A stretch of DNA of 64,000 nucleotides from contig NC_043014.1 in the NCBI RefSeq assembly GCF_006345805.1, positions 31,744,001-31,808,000 on the forward strand, in the 5' to 3' direction. The notes beneath the pieces were generated by a model. The model saw nothing but the letters and a program-made list of their open reading frames with translations, ran no database searches and was not told where the DNA came from. Positions 1-11,456 of this stretch are shown piece by piece (position 1 is the stretch's first letter; every line of letters begins with the position of its first letter). The DNA is from Octopus sinensis (Eukaryota). The position numbers and the translations under genes were made by a program.

Positions 1-229
1 ATGTAAAACTGAAGTTTCTATTCTATTGTCTATTTGGAGGCTGGTAGCAATTTATTTTGCTTCTAAATTGATAGCATGGTAAGAGTTAGAATTAATTATC
101 TTATGGGTACTGGTGATGTTGAAAATATAACTATAGAGACTATCTGTTTTGTTCATATTTCTGTTTGAAAAATCACATTTGGTGTTTTGCAATTTTATGA
201 AAGCTCTATGTAAAATGTCTGGGAAGTTT

Positions 230-619
230 ATTCTTTTATTCTTTTACTTGTTTCAGCCATTTGACTGCAGCCATGCTGGAGCACCACCTTTAAAGGTCTT
301 TTAGTCAAACAAATTGACCTCAGGACTTATTTTACTGAACTGCTATGTCACAGGGACATAACCATACCAACACCAGTTGTCAAGCAGTGTGGGAAACCAA
401 CACAGTCACAGAGACACACACACATACACACGTGTGCGCGCGCACACACACACACACATACAATGAACTTCTTTCAGTTTCCGTCTACCAAATCCACTCA
501 CAAGCCTTTGGTTGGCTTGAGATTATAGTAGAAGACACTTGGCCAAGGCTCCATACAATGGGACTGAACCTGGAACCATTTGGTTGGGAAGCAAGCTTCT
601 TACCACACAGCCATGCTTG
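230..619 (-). mobile_element. tRNA-derived SINE, family A (internal microsatellite)
   Basis: Minus strand starts GCATGGCTGTGTGGTAAG (A-box-like), then GGTTCAGTCCC (B-box-like), an internal (TG)n and a tail CCAGCATGGCTGCAGTCAAATGGCTGAAACAAGTAAAAGA. Many copies occur in the window. Confidence 0.85.
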
Positions 620-1099
620 TCAATTGAATTTTTAAAAACTTACCTGTTACATCATATTGAGATGTTCAAACTCAAAGAGTTTCATAACTTTCTTCAGTGG
701 GAAGTATGTACATCAGAAATGGAACTTGTTTTTTTACTGTTATTCACGTTCCTTTATTCAAAGAAAACATTTAATATAATTCTTCTGAAATGGTGTTAAG
801 TCATTATCTGTAGAAAATTTAAGGGGCAACTGTTTAATTTTCATTATTTGTAACTGTCTGTGGACAGTGCTCGACAAATTCAGGAGCAAGATGTAGATTG
901 TAAACACAGAGAAAAGTGTCCAGTACATAAAATAGAGTGTGTGCATATTTTATTAGGAGCTAAAGCTTCTTGTATCATAACTGAATTTCATATTGCTAAT
1001 TGTTCAGATGATGGAAGAAGGGAGGCAGTATATAGAAGTATAGCTTGCTCCAGCAACAGATCTGGCCTATAGTTTTCAGATGGTTGCTTACAGAACCTA

Positions 1100-1560
1100 C
1101 CAGTTGTTCTCTACTTTCCTTCTTCAGACCATCTTTTGTCTCTCAGTCAATCTAGCATTTATTCTGAGATCATTCACTAGTCATTAGTCTATGTTGAGTG
1201 ATATACATTATTCACTGCAGAAAGACTTAGTATCCATAACCATCTGCCTACCCTGTTTTATAATGAGGCTGAAATTTACCTGACTTGTGTGCACCTGATT
1301 ACAAAGGGATCAAGTGGGTCCTGGCTTCCTGAAGTCTGTGTTGTGGATGGTTAGCTCACAAAATTTCAGAAGCATTAGTTCCTTTTCATTTCTCAAACTA
1401 TATCCTTAGTCACCTTATACACTGGAGTAGCCATAATGGGGTTGCCCAATATGACCGAGCCACCAGTCAAAATATTAGTATTGTTATCATTTATTACTGA
1501 GATGGTTCACAAAAGGGGTTGCATAAAATCAGTCCTTTAGCTTATTAGCCAGTTCCAATT
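1100..1560 (-). pseudogene. Degenerate RTE-LINE AP-endonuclease fragment
   Basis: Interrupted minus-strand translation gives LLKFC-LTIHNTDFRKP and a QHRL-like/DLRI stretch, typical of the RTE APE C-terminus. Multiple stops and frameshifts. Confidence 0.6.
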
Positions 1561-2589
1561 ATGGTGTGTAAGCAGAGAAAAACAGTTGCTGTTATTTTGC
1601 CTACAACTAGTTTAAATTTAATTATTCAATCACATAATCTACATCAAATTTTTTTATTGTTTCTTAGTATGGCTATTCTATGTAAACCAAGATTGTTACT
1701 AATTCAGAAAAACTTGTACAAGTGTTCTTTTTGCTTGTAAGGAATCTGGCTGGGGTTCTTTCCTCATAATCACCCCCATGAATACATGCACACACATACA
1801 TACACATCATTTACATGTATATATAGTTAAATTACTAAAAACAATGAAAGGGTGTATATATATACTGCTTCTAGTCTCTTATCTGTGTGTGTGTGTCAGT
1901 GTTTTAATGAAAAGGGAAAAAAATTTGATATGACTCACCACAAATTCATGGAATAATTGCAAGTATTTTCTTGGAGTAAAATTTCTTTCCAAATAAAACT
2001 AATTCCATTATGAGTTGATAAAATTGTTTATTGTATAAAAAAAAAACATAACAAAACAGAACAAAAGAAAAGCAAAACAGCAACTGAATCTTAAAGAATT
2101 GACCATCTTGTTTAATAAAATATAATCTGATGCTTCCCTCCTCCCTCCCACATAAAACTCATACAAAAAGTAACATAAAGTAAAAAATAAAAAACAAAGA
2201 ATCCATGATTAATTGACAAGAAATGGGAAACCTAAACAAAGCAGTTTGAGATGTGGTGGTGGTGGTGGGGTAGGTCTGTTTTTTTGCATTATCTCCCTCT
2301 TTTTTTGCATTTTCGATCCCTGTCTTTCTCTCTTGTCCTCACTTCTTTTATCATTTTGTTTTTATCTATTGCTACTTCTCTGTTCAACTGTTCACTTTAC
2401 TTCTTTCCCTTTCTATCTTTCCATACACTCTCTTCCCTCTCCCTCCCTCCCACTTTTTTCTCTTGCTCTCCATTTCCCCTTCCTACTGCTCTAAACTCTT
2501 CAACCTCTCACTTTATTTCTCCAAATCTTCCTCCCTCACAATATTTCTCTCTCTCATATATACATATATATATATATATATATAGCATC

Positions 2590-2830
2590 GTTTAATGTCC
2601 ATTTTCCATGCTAGTATGGGTTGGACGGTTCAACCGGGGTCTGGGAAACTAAGAGGCTGTACCAGGCTCCAGTCTGATTTGGCAGTGTTTCTACAGCTTG
2701 ATGCCCTTCCTAATGCCAACCACTCCATGAGTGTAGTAGGTGCTTTTTATGTGCCACACCGGCATGGACGCCAGCCAGGGTGGCGCTGGCATCGGCCACA
2801 TTTGGATGGTACTTTTTACATGCCACCGGT
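2590..2830 (-). mobile_element. RTE-type 3' tail repeat
   Basis: Matches the 3' end of the RTE at 7451-7700 (TTAGGAAGGGCATC...TCCAACCCA...GACATTAAACGAT). Confidence 0.8.
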
Positions 2831-2992
2831 ATGGGTATCACAACTACAATTTTCATTTGATTTTTATTTTGGTGTTGATGTACTTGCCCTCCAATCCAAG
2901 GTAAGCACAGCAGGCCATCTTGCGAGCCATGAACTCACTTCATTTGCCGGGTCTTCACAGCCACAGCATATCTCCAGAGGTCTTGGTCTTTC

Positions 2993-3033
<41 letters not shown>

Positions 3034-3109
3034 CATATATATATATGCATACACATATATATATACATAATATACATACACACACATGTGTGCACACACA
3101 CACACACAC

Positions 3110-3255
3110 ATGAGGGGGTGCTGAAAAGTCCCTGGTTTTCAAGGTATTGTGAGAGGCCTTGTTGGTGGCTCAACCTTCTGAGTTCTTTTACAGGGCTTAG
3201 AAAAACTGAAGGGCCATATGATACAGCTGTTCCTTCAATAGCCATAAATGCCTGA
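3110..3255 (+). mobile_element. Mariner-derived MITE fragment
   Basis: Starts TGAGGGGGTGCTGAAAAGTCCCTGG, the same terminus as the element at 52504-52715. Confidence 0.6.
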
Positions 3256-3269
3256 CTAACATTGTAACA

Positions 3270-3960
3270 TTACACCTCTTTTGGATCTTAAAAAGATGAC
3301 CTATGTTTGTTTAACCTGGTCTTGAATGTGACTTCTGTGACTTTAAAATATCTCTGTACCCATGTTGGCGTCAGTATTGTTTTCTTACCTTCTCCATCTT
3401 ATACACAACAGCCTCTGCATAACATTGTTTAATTAGTGGGTCTCATTGTTAATGCTATCATGAGCCCAAGGGGCAGCACTCCAGTAGGTGTGGGTAATAC
3501 TGTTTATTAGCAGCCATTTGTATGTCGTATTACCTCCCTTATATAAATTCTTTTATCTGATTTGAAAAGTGTAATGATCACCACAGTTTTTAAGACCACA
3601 TATATTTGAATTAATTTAACACTGAATGGGAGTAGGAAGCTTATAAAATCTTGGCTTGGTTATGAAATTTCAGAGGTTTGCTTTGAAGATTTCCAGTTTT
3701 TAGATCTCGAATGGAAACATTTTAGGCTCAATTAGGAAATGCTTATAATCTGGAACTGGTTGTACATGGTTATGGAAGAAGGTCTTCCATATTATATTGT
3801 TGGTGAGATAGATGATCATCTCCAGTAACTTCGAAGTGTAATGTTGATGAGGAGGTGTTGCTATATTTTTGTATTTATTTCTTTTTGGTTTTTTAGTATA
3901 GTGTAAAAAATTCAAAGACTCTGTGACTTGTTGAATGAATATTTTCTTTTGAACTTCCAG
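3270..3960 (-). pseudogene. Degenerate Penelope-like element (GIY-YIG endonuclease region)
   Basis: Minus strand reads EAVVYK and TEVTFKTRLNKHRSSFK, the GIY-YIG region motif of PLEs. Frame is broken. Confidence 0.65.
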
Positions 3961-4084
3961 TACAAGCAAACCAAGCTATACATTTTCAAATGAGTATTTA
4001 ATTACTCTTTCCTTGTGTGAAAGATTAATTGTTTAAGAAATTGTCCAATAACTTTTGGCTGTATGTAGAGCTACATTTATAACA

Positions 4085-4290
4085 GTGTATACAAGGACCA
4101 ACTCAAAGCAACACTGAAAGCCGCTGGACTTGAGCCTAAATCATTTGAAACATGAGCCTGAGACTGTACCAAGTGGCAGTGTTCCATTACCATCAAAGCC
4201 AAAAACTCAGAAGTCACCAGAAAAACAAGAAATCAAATGACAGGAGAGAAAGGTTTGACAAAATAAACCTCGTCCTCTGCCAACACTACC
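4085..4290 (+). pseudogene. LINE (RTE/BovB-like) ORF C-terminal remnant
   Basis: YKDQLKATLKAAGLEPKSFET*A*DCTKW resembles the YKD-LK...WE-LA-DR--W C-terminus. Confidence 0.55.
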
Positions 4291-4544
4291 ATGCAGTCAA
4301 TGTCATTGACTCTTCTATGTAAGAATTGGTCTACTTAGTTATCACTGCTATCGCCATAAATGAAGTGTCCAGCAAAGAAACTAAATTCTCAGATATGAGA
4401 TAAAGCCAATGGTGATGATGAATATACCCACTCTGTTACCTTATGTACTGAGTGTGCAATTTTTTTTCCTGAATTATGAAACATACTCAAAAGAACTATA
4501 TCATCATCATTGCCATTGTTGTTGTCGTTGTGGTCGTTGTCATC

Positions 4545-4547
4545 ATC

Positions 4548-4578
<31 letters not shown>

Positions 4579-4990
4579 CTGTTTAACGTTCATCTTCCAT
4601 GCATGCAGGGTAGGACAGTTGACAGGAGCTGGCCAGGTAGAAAAAAAATACCCTAGGCTACTGTGTCTGTTTTGGTAGGAATTTTATGGCTGGATGTCCT
4701 TCCTAACACCAACCACTCCACAGAGTGGACTTAGTGCTTTTTACGTGGCACTAGCACAAATGAAGTTAGATTTGGCTTGATTTTTATAGCTGGATGCCCT
4801 TCCAAATGCCAACAACATTACAGTGTGGACTGGATGCTTTTAACATAGCACCAGCACTGGGAGGGTAACCAAGTTCCTCACAAGACAAGGAATTATGAGA
4901 GAGGTAGGGCATTTGAGGAAGGGAACTTGTGCCAGAGGATGAAAGGTTAGAATGTAATAAAGAGACAAAGAGACAATAGCAGGTGTCTTG
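4545..4990 (-). mobile_element. Diverged RTE-type tail repeat ending in (GAT)n
   Basis: Two copies of the GCTGGATG(C/T)CCTTCC.AA..CCAAC motif next to a (CAT)n run. Confidence 0.65.
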
Positions 4991-5246
4991 CCACAACAGA
5001 GGGGGCAAAAGAGGAGGTGATCCAGTATCAATTGATGAAAGGTCCTTGTATACATATATACATATGTATACACACACAAATATACATGCATACATATGTT
5101 CATACAGACTCATACACATACAAATACATACATATAACACACACACGTGCACATACACATACACACACACATATTAACCCCGTAAGTCTTTACTGTTATA
5201 AAAAGGTAGACCCTGAAGAGATATTTAGCATATTGTAAAAAATCCG

Positions 5247-5565
5247 AAGGCACATGGCTTAGTGGTTAGGGCATTCAGCTCACGATCATAAGGTAGTGAG
5301 TTCAATTCCTGGTGATGTGTTGTATCCTTGAGCAAGACATTTTATTTCATGTTGCTCCAGTCCACTCAGCTAGTGAAAATGAGTAGTACCTGTATTTCAA
5401 AGGGCCAGCCTTGTTACACTCTGTGTCATGCTGAATCTTTCTGAGAACTATGTTAAGGGTACATGTGTGTGTGGAGTGATCATCCACTTGCATGTTAATT
5501 TTATGAGCAAGCTGTTCTCTTGATCAAATCAGCTGGGACCCTTGTCATTGTAACCATCAGGGTGC
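5247..5565 (+). mobile_element. tRNA-derived SINE, family C
   Basis: TGGCTTAGTGGTTAG A-box, GAGTTCAATTCC B-box, central CCTTGAGCAAGACA...CTCCAGTCCACTCAGC. A second copy lies at 38617-38910. Confidence 0.85.
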
Positions 5566-5622
5566 TCCACCACACATGCACACACACAAACACACTCTCA
5601 CACACACACACACATATACACA

Positions 5623-6334
5623 CTAGCAAACGCACCCATCTTTTGGATGGTATTTTTTTTCACTTTGTTCCAGATGCCACCTGAACTCAGCAAGCCATTT
5701 GCTTAGCGGTATCTCCCATGAAGTAAATTTGAAAGAATCGATATTGTTGACAGGAAGAATAGCACCTATTCGATGATAGAATTGGCCCTGAATTTTGAAC
5801 ATTGGCATATAGGAGTCTTCACGAATGGGTTTGTGACTGTGTCATCTGGAAGATAGAGTTATAAGCACAAATTTTCTGTATAAATTGATGTGAATCAGGG
5901 TGTTGACCAAGGAGTAAAGAGAGGAAAGGCTGAGGAATGTTTTGTAGATCAGGCAAGTGAACCTTTCTGTTTGAGTAGCATAGGCCACTGGATTCTCCAT
6001 CCCACTTGAGAGCCTTGCAAAATGGACATATTACAGATATATCTCCTTTAACAGTCTCTCGATGAGTGGCACAATCCTTTGATGCCCATCGACTACTCGA
6101 TGGCTTCTGGTGAACATTAGACTGATGTCTCATCATCCGATGGTTATCGTCATCTGCCAACCTCATGGCAGAAGTGGATGCAGTGTTGCATGCCTGACGG
6201 ATAGCACTCTCTTCTGGGGCTTCTTCGGCCTTCATGGCAGAAGTGGATGCAGCATTGTTTGCCCGACAGATAGCACTTTTTTGTGGGGGTTTCTGTGGTC
6301 CTTGCATCAGCAGCACACTCCCGATAGGTTTCAT
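5623..6334 (-). pseudogene. Helitron RepHel N-terminal fragment
   Basis: ICPFCKALKWDGESSGLCYSNRKVHLP...FIQKICAYNSIFQMT and MPMFKIQGQFYHRIGAILP match conserved Helitron motifs (C.FC.ALK, YNS.FQMT, FKIQGQ.YH.IG). Confidence 0.85.
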
Positions 6335-7447
6335 GCTTCTCTGGAGCAGTTGCAGCTCTAGCAGCAGCAGCTCTTTTCAACAGTCTACAGGACCTCTAGT
6401 CCTCAGTTTCCTTAGCCTGCCAGTGCTGCTGCCTTACCACTGCAGAAGACTTTCTGCCAATGCGTGCTCTCTTTTCAGGTGGCATGCTTGTATTATCTGG
6501 AAAAGGAAAATGGGTTTTAGTGCACCAAGTGATTATCGATTCTATTATAAGTTAACAAAAGCTCCTTTATTCCGTCTTCCCACATAGCCTGTGCATAAAG
6601 TAACAGCAAATACCACATAAAGTGAAATTGGTATGGAGATTTCTGAAAGATATGTATAGATTTCGCTAGTGGAAGCAAAACTCTTATTTAAAGGGTGATT
6701 CTTTGGGATGAATCATATGTGATTATTTAAAAAATGCTAAAACGACAATGCTAAAATGTATTTGAAACAATGGACAACAGTTGAAATATCATAATGGATA
6801 GGTAAATAAGCATCCTTAAAGTGAAACCACATATTGGTAGGTAAACAAAAGTTTCGACAAATAGAAGAGAGGAAATGGAACATCACCTTTCAATTAACTC
6901 AGAACAGGTAAAGGTAAGCTTGCCAAAGTTTAATGCAGCTTAAATATGGAGATTAAGATTGTTTGGTATTGGATATTCATCACGTACAGTGTTCCTAGTC
7001 AATTTGATCAGTCAAAAATATTCTCTAATGCCAATATATGATGATATAGATTAAAAAAGTATGGAAGACCCTACATACAAAAAAAACTATGTACATACAA
7101 CGAATTTCGAAAATCTTTTAAATTAACATAAAAATTATTTGCATGAAAACAAAATGACAGCTTCCAAATCCTGTTTCCTGACTCAGGTGGAGAGTCAAAG
7201 TAAATAAATAGACAAAATCCTTTCACTTTTATAAAAAAAAATTAAAAAAGCATGGAAGACCCAACATACAAAAAAATATGTCCATTAACATCCATTTATG
7301 TGGGAGCTCTGGGCAAAATGTTATAGTGCATGAACATACTTGGGACATAAGTGATGTGTGTGTAAAGTTTGGAGAAAATCGGTTGAGAATTGTGGAAATG
7401 TATGTGTTAGTTATTATACACACACACATACTGCGATTTATATATAC
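5623..7447 (-). mobile_element. Internally deleted Helitron (5' boundary uncertain)
   Basis: 3' terminus has a CCATC-CAAAA-GATGG hairpin about 10 nt before CTAG (5623-5626), followed by T. Rep N-terminal coding remnants lie inside. 7270-7447 resembles Helitron subterminal sequence (AAATCGGTTGAGAA, (CA)n, TATATA). Confidence 0.75.
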
Positions 7448-7780
7448 TATCATCATCATCATCATCATCGTTTAGCGTCCGCTTTCCATGCTAGCATGGG
7501 TTGGACGGTTCTATTGGGGTCTGTGAAGCCAGAAGGCTTCATCAGGCCCAGTCAAATCTGGCAGTGTTTCTACGGCTGGATGCCCTTCCTAATGCCAACC
7601 ACTCCGTGAGTGTAGTGGGTGCTTTTTACGTGCCACCCGCACAGGTGCCAGACAGAGCTGGCAAACGGCCACGAACGGATGGTGCTTTTTATGTGCCACC
7701 AGCACGAGGGCCAGGCGAGGCTGGCAATGGACACGAAACGGGGCGGTGCTGGCAACGGTCGTGAAACGGAAGGTTCTCTT

Positions 7781-7975
7781 ACATGCCACCGGCACTGGTA
7801 ACACATCTGCAATTTCCATTGATCGACTTCGATTCTGATCCTCACTTGCCTCAACGGGTCTTCACAAGTAGAGTTTCGACATGCCACCGGCACTGGTAAC
7901 ACATCTGCAATTTCCATTGATCGATTTCGATTCTGATCCTCACTTGCCTCAACAGGTCTTCACAAGTAGAATTTT
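7781..7975. repeat. 98-bp tandem duplication in the RTE 3' UTR
   Basis: ACATGCCACCGGCACTGGTAACAC...TCTTCACAAGTAG starts at 7781 and again at 7879, nearly identical. Confidence 0.9.
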
Positions 7976-8044
7976 GTGTCCCAAGAAGGGAAGGTATGCA
8001 TACGTAGGCTGGCTCCATCTCATGTAGAAGGCCACGGGTTATGG

Positions 8045-9440
8045 ACTCACTTGTCCTGCCGGGTCTTCTCGCACAGCACACTTCCAGATGTCTCGGTCTC
8101 TAGTCATTTCCTCAGTGAGACCTAAAGTTCGAAGGTCGTGCTTCACCACCTCGTCCCAGGTTTTCCTGGGTCTGCCTCTTCCACAGGTTCCCTCAACCGC
8201 TAGGGTGTGGCACTTTTTTCACACAACTATCTACATCCATTCTCGCCACATGACCATACCAGCGCAAACGTCTCTCTTGCACACCACAACTGATGCTTCT
8301 TAGGTCCAGCTTTTCTCTCAAGGTACTTACACTCTGCCGAGTATGAGTACTGATATTACACATCCATCGGAGCATACTGGCTTCATTTCTTGCGAGCTTA
8401 CGCATATCCTCAGCAGTCACGGCCCATGTTTCACTGCCATGTAGCATGGCTGTTCGTACACACGCATCATACAGTCTGCCTTTCACTCTGTGCGAGAGGC
8501 CTTTTGTCACCAGCAGAGGTAAGAGCTCTCTGAATTTTGCCCAAGCTATTCTTACTCTAGCAGTTACACTTTCAGCACACCCGCCCCCGCTGCTGACTTG
8601 GTCACCTAGGTAACGGAAACCATCAACTATTTCTAGTTTTTCTCCCTGGAAAGTGACGGAAGTTGGTCTCAGAGCATTTTCAGTGTTTATTGTTCCTGAG
8701 CATCTGCCACATACAAAAACCATCTTCCTAGTTAGCCTTCCTTTGACATTGCTGCACATCTTATGTGTCCATAGCTTACACTTGGTGCATCTTATAGAGT
8801 TTCTACCTACACCTTTTCTACAGATCGAGCAGGGCCATCTACCTGAAGGCGTTTGTGATTTGTCTACCTTCCTACTGATTACGACCTTGGTTTTAGCTAG
8901 ATTGACTCTGAGACCCTTCGATTCTAATCCTTGTTTCCACACCTGAAACTTCTCCTCCAGTTCTGATAGCGACTCAGCAATTAGAGCAAGGTCATCAGCA
9001 TAGAGGAGCTCCCAAGGGCATCCTGTCTTGAATTCCTCCGTTATTGCTTGGAGGACTATGATAAATAGGAGGGGGCTGAGTACTGAGCCTTGGTGGACCC
9101 CTACCTCTACCCGGAATTCTTCACTGTACTCGTTTCCAACCCTCACCCTACTAGCAGCGTCCCTATACATGGCCCGCACAGCTTTCACTAACCATTCATC
9201 TATCCCTAGTTTCCTCATTGCCCACCAGATAAGGGATCGGGGGACCCTGTTGAAGGCTTTCTCCATGTCAACAAAAGCCAGGTACAGGGGCTTATCTTTG
9301 GCTAGGTATTTCTCCTGCAGCTGCCTTACCAGGAATATAGCATCAGTAGTACTTTTCCCTGGCACAAACCCAAACTGCATCTCATCTAAACTAACTCTCT
9401 CTCTAATTAGTTGGGCTAAGACCCTCTCCGTAACCTTCAT
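8045..9440 (-). pseudogene. RTE reverse transcriptase (partial ORF2; frameshift in A-run near 8215)
   Basis: QFGF.PGKSTTDAIF, FVDMEKAF, GVHQGSVLSPLLF, LLYADD, FRYLG, RLRWYGHV. After the frameshift it continues GRGRPRKTWDEVV. Confidence 0.93.
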
Positions 9441-9445
9441 CTATA

Positions 9446-9451
9446 TATATA

Positions 9452-9490
<39 letters not shown>

Positions 9491-9586
9491 TATCATCATC
9501 ATCATCGTTAAATGATGATGATGATGATGATGATGATATATATATATATATTATATATATATATATATCATCATCATCATCGTTAA

Positions 9587-9650
<64 letters not shown>
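9446..9650. repeat. Compound palindromic microsatellite (TA)n-(TCA)n-CGTTAAA-(TGA)n, x2
   Basis: Read directly from the sequence. Confidence 0.9.
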
Positions 9651-9652
<2 letters not shown>

Positions 9653-9818
9653 CAAAATGAGAAAATGGAGAAACATACTTAAATCAATCAATCATCAACC
9701 ATCAGATAATACCCAATCAATACTTTATTACACCATTACATAACAGCAATAACATTATACATAATATATTGCAAATATAACTAGACATGGAAATAGAAAT
9801 ATAAAATACAATTACATC

Positions 9819-9936
9819 ATATCTGACAGCTGTTTCGGCCATGAAGACAAGTATGTCTCATTTAACCTATTAGCCATATAAAGCAGGTATAAATGAGACA
9901 TTAACAAGGAAGTCTCACGGCCTCTTCAGAGAATTT
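9819..9936 (-). ncRNA. Type I hammerhead ribozyme (PLE/retrozyme-like)
   Basis: Minus strand: UCU-CUGAAGA-GGCCGUGAGAC...GUCUUCAUGGCC-GAAA-CAGCUG-UC^AGA. Core is intact, stem II is long, and stem III is palindromic (ACAGCUGU). Confidence 0.8.
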
Positions 9937-10162
9937 AATATAAGTGTGAAAAAAATTTACATATAAATATAAAAATATAAAATATAAAAATGTGTGCATA
10001 GACACTCATAATTCTACACATATATAGACATTAATACAATAATACAATATAAACAAAATATATCAGTATACATTAACAAAAACAGTTATTTTCCATATTG
10101 GACTCCTAGTTCCATAACTAACATCAAGGAAATACATGTACACTCACATTATTATTATTATC

Positions 10163-10372
10163 AAGGCATTCAACTGGCAGAATCATTAGCATGCTGGACG
10201 AAGCGCATAGTGATATTTCACTGTTGTTCTGAGTTCAAATTCTGCCAAGGTGGACTTTGCCTTTTGTCCTTTCAAGGTTGATAAATTAAGTACCAGTGAA
10301 ACATTGGGGTCGATGTCCTTGACTAGTCCCATCCTGCCAAATTTCAGGCCTTGTGCCTTTAGTAGAAAGGAT
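10163..10372 (+). mobile_element. tRNA-derived SINE, family B
   Basis: CTGGCAGAATCATTAGC head, GAGTTCAAATTC B-box, GACTTTGCCTTT..TCCTTTC..GG..GATAAA..AAGTACCAG body. Confidence 0.8.
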
Positions 10373-10380
10373 TATTATTA

Positions 10381-10434
<54 letters not shown>

Positions 10435-10634
10435 GACTGAGGTAACTTCTCCAGAAAATATAGAAGCAAAAAAACCCATGGAAGACACACGAGATGTCAA
10501 AATATCATTCACTTGATGACAATGGCAAAAGAAGAAGAGTGGCATTGTCATCGAGTGAACGATATTTCAATACGAGAATGGCACTATTAATTTTATTTTT
10601 TGTTTCTGTATCTTCTGGAGGAGTTACCTCAATC
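10435..10634. mobile_element. Palindromic MITE-like element
   Basis: 39-bp terminal inverted repeats (GACTGAGGTAACTTCTCCAGAA... / ...TTCTGGAGGAGTTACCTCAATC) plus an inner IR (AAATATCATTCACTTGATGACAATG / CATTGTCATCGAGTGAACGATATTT). Confidence 0.7.
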
Positions 10635-10903
10635 CTATAAATATTAACCAAAATGAAGTAGATTTGACAAGTTTATTTTTTGAACCTGTGGAAGACACAC
10701 GAAATATTGAAATATCGTTCACTTGCTAATCGCACTCTTCTATTTTTGCTATTATTATTATTGTTGGTGTTGTTGTTGTTAGGACTGGTAAGCCAGAAGC
10801 CTAGTGCAGCCTCCTGGCTTGCAAGTCCTCAGTCAAACTGTCCAACTCATGCCAGCATGGAAAGTAGACGTTAAACGATTATTATTATTATTATTATTAT
10901 TAT

Positions 10904-11456
10904 TGAGTGAGAGAGCAGTTCATGCCATCAAAGTGACACTGGGGTAAAATATACGAAGCCCAATATACCCATCATGACTACCCGTCTGATAAAGGTACAC
11001 CAGGCACATGCATCACAACCATATGTGCGCGACATGGTGATCTCATATCAAGATAAACAGCACATGACCTTGCAGGTGGGGCCCAGTTAGAATTTTCTTC
11101 AGGTTGAGTAGCCCATCCTGCTCAAAAGGTCCCTGAATAAGGGTTGCTTTAGGATGTTGAACGAACACCTATGTTTCCAGAGGTGAATTATTCAAACCCC
11201 AAAGAATCCCTCTCAACACATGCCATGATGCTCCCCCACTACTTCTGCTCGTGATCAGAGATGCACATATCGTCAGCCACTAAGGGACATGCTCAACTGG
11301 TTAAGGCCAAACAACTGACAAGCAAATCTGTGGTATTGAGCAGAATATTTGCTGTAGCCCATCTTTTATACCAAGACAAAACAATGTACATGATAACACT
11401 TCCAATCAGTTAAGATCAGAAGCCATGAGAGCCACTGCCTGGTACTGCATCAGGGC

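Larger units (their letters stand above)
7451..9445 (-). mobile_element. 5'-truncated RTE-clade LINE with 12-bp TSD
   Basis: RT ORF, 3' UTR and (GAT)n tail. TATATATACTAT flanks both sides (7439-7450 and 9446-9457). Confidence 0.93.

Noticed and set aside
665-700. CUGAAGA...GAAA motif on the minus strand
   Set aside because: No stem II or stem I pairing.
860-1072. 70-aa ORF
   Set aside because: Short, no known motif, and adjacent to a decayed LINE fragment on the opposite strand.
8653-9660. Plus-strand ORFs of 97 and 210 aa
   Set aside because: Antisense shadows of the RTE RT frame running into microsatellite.
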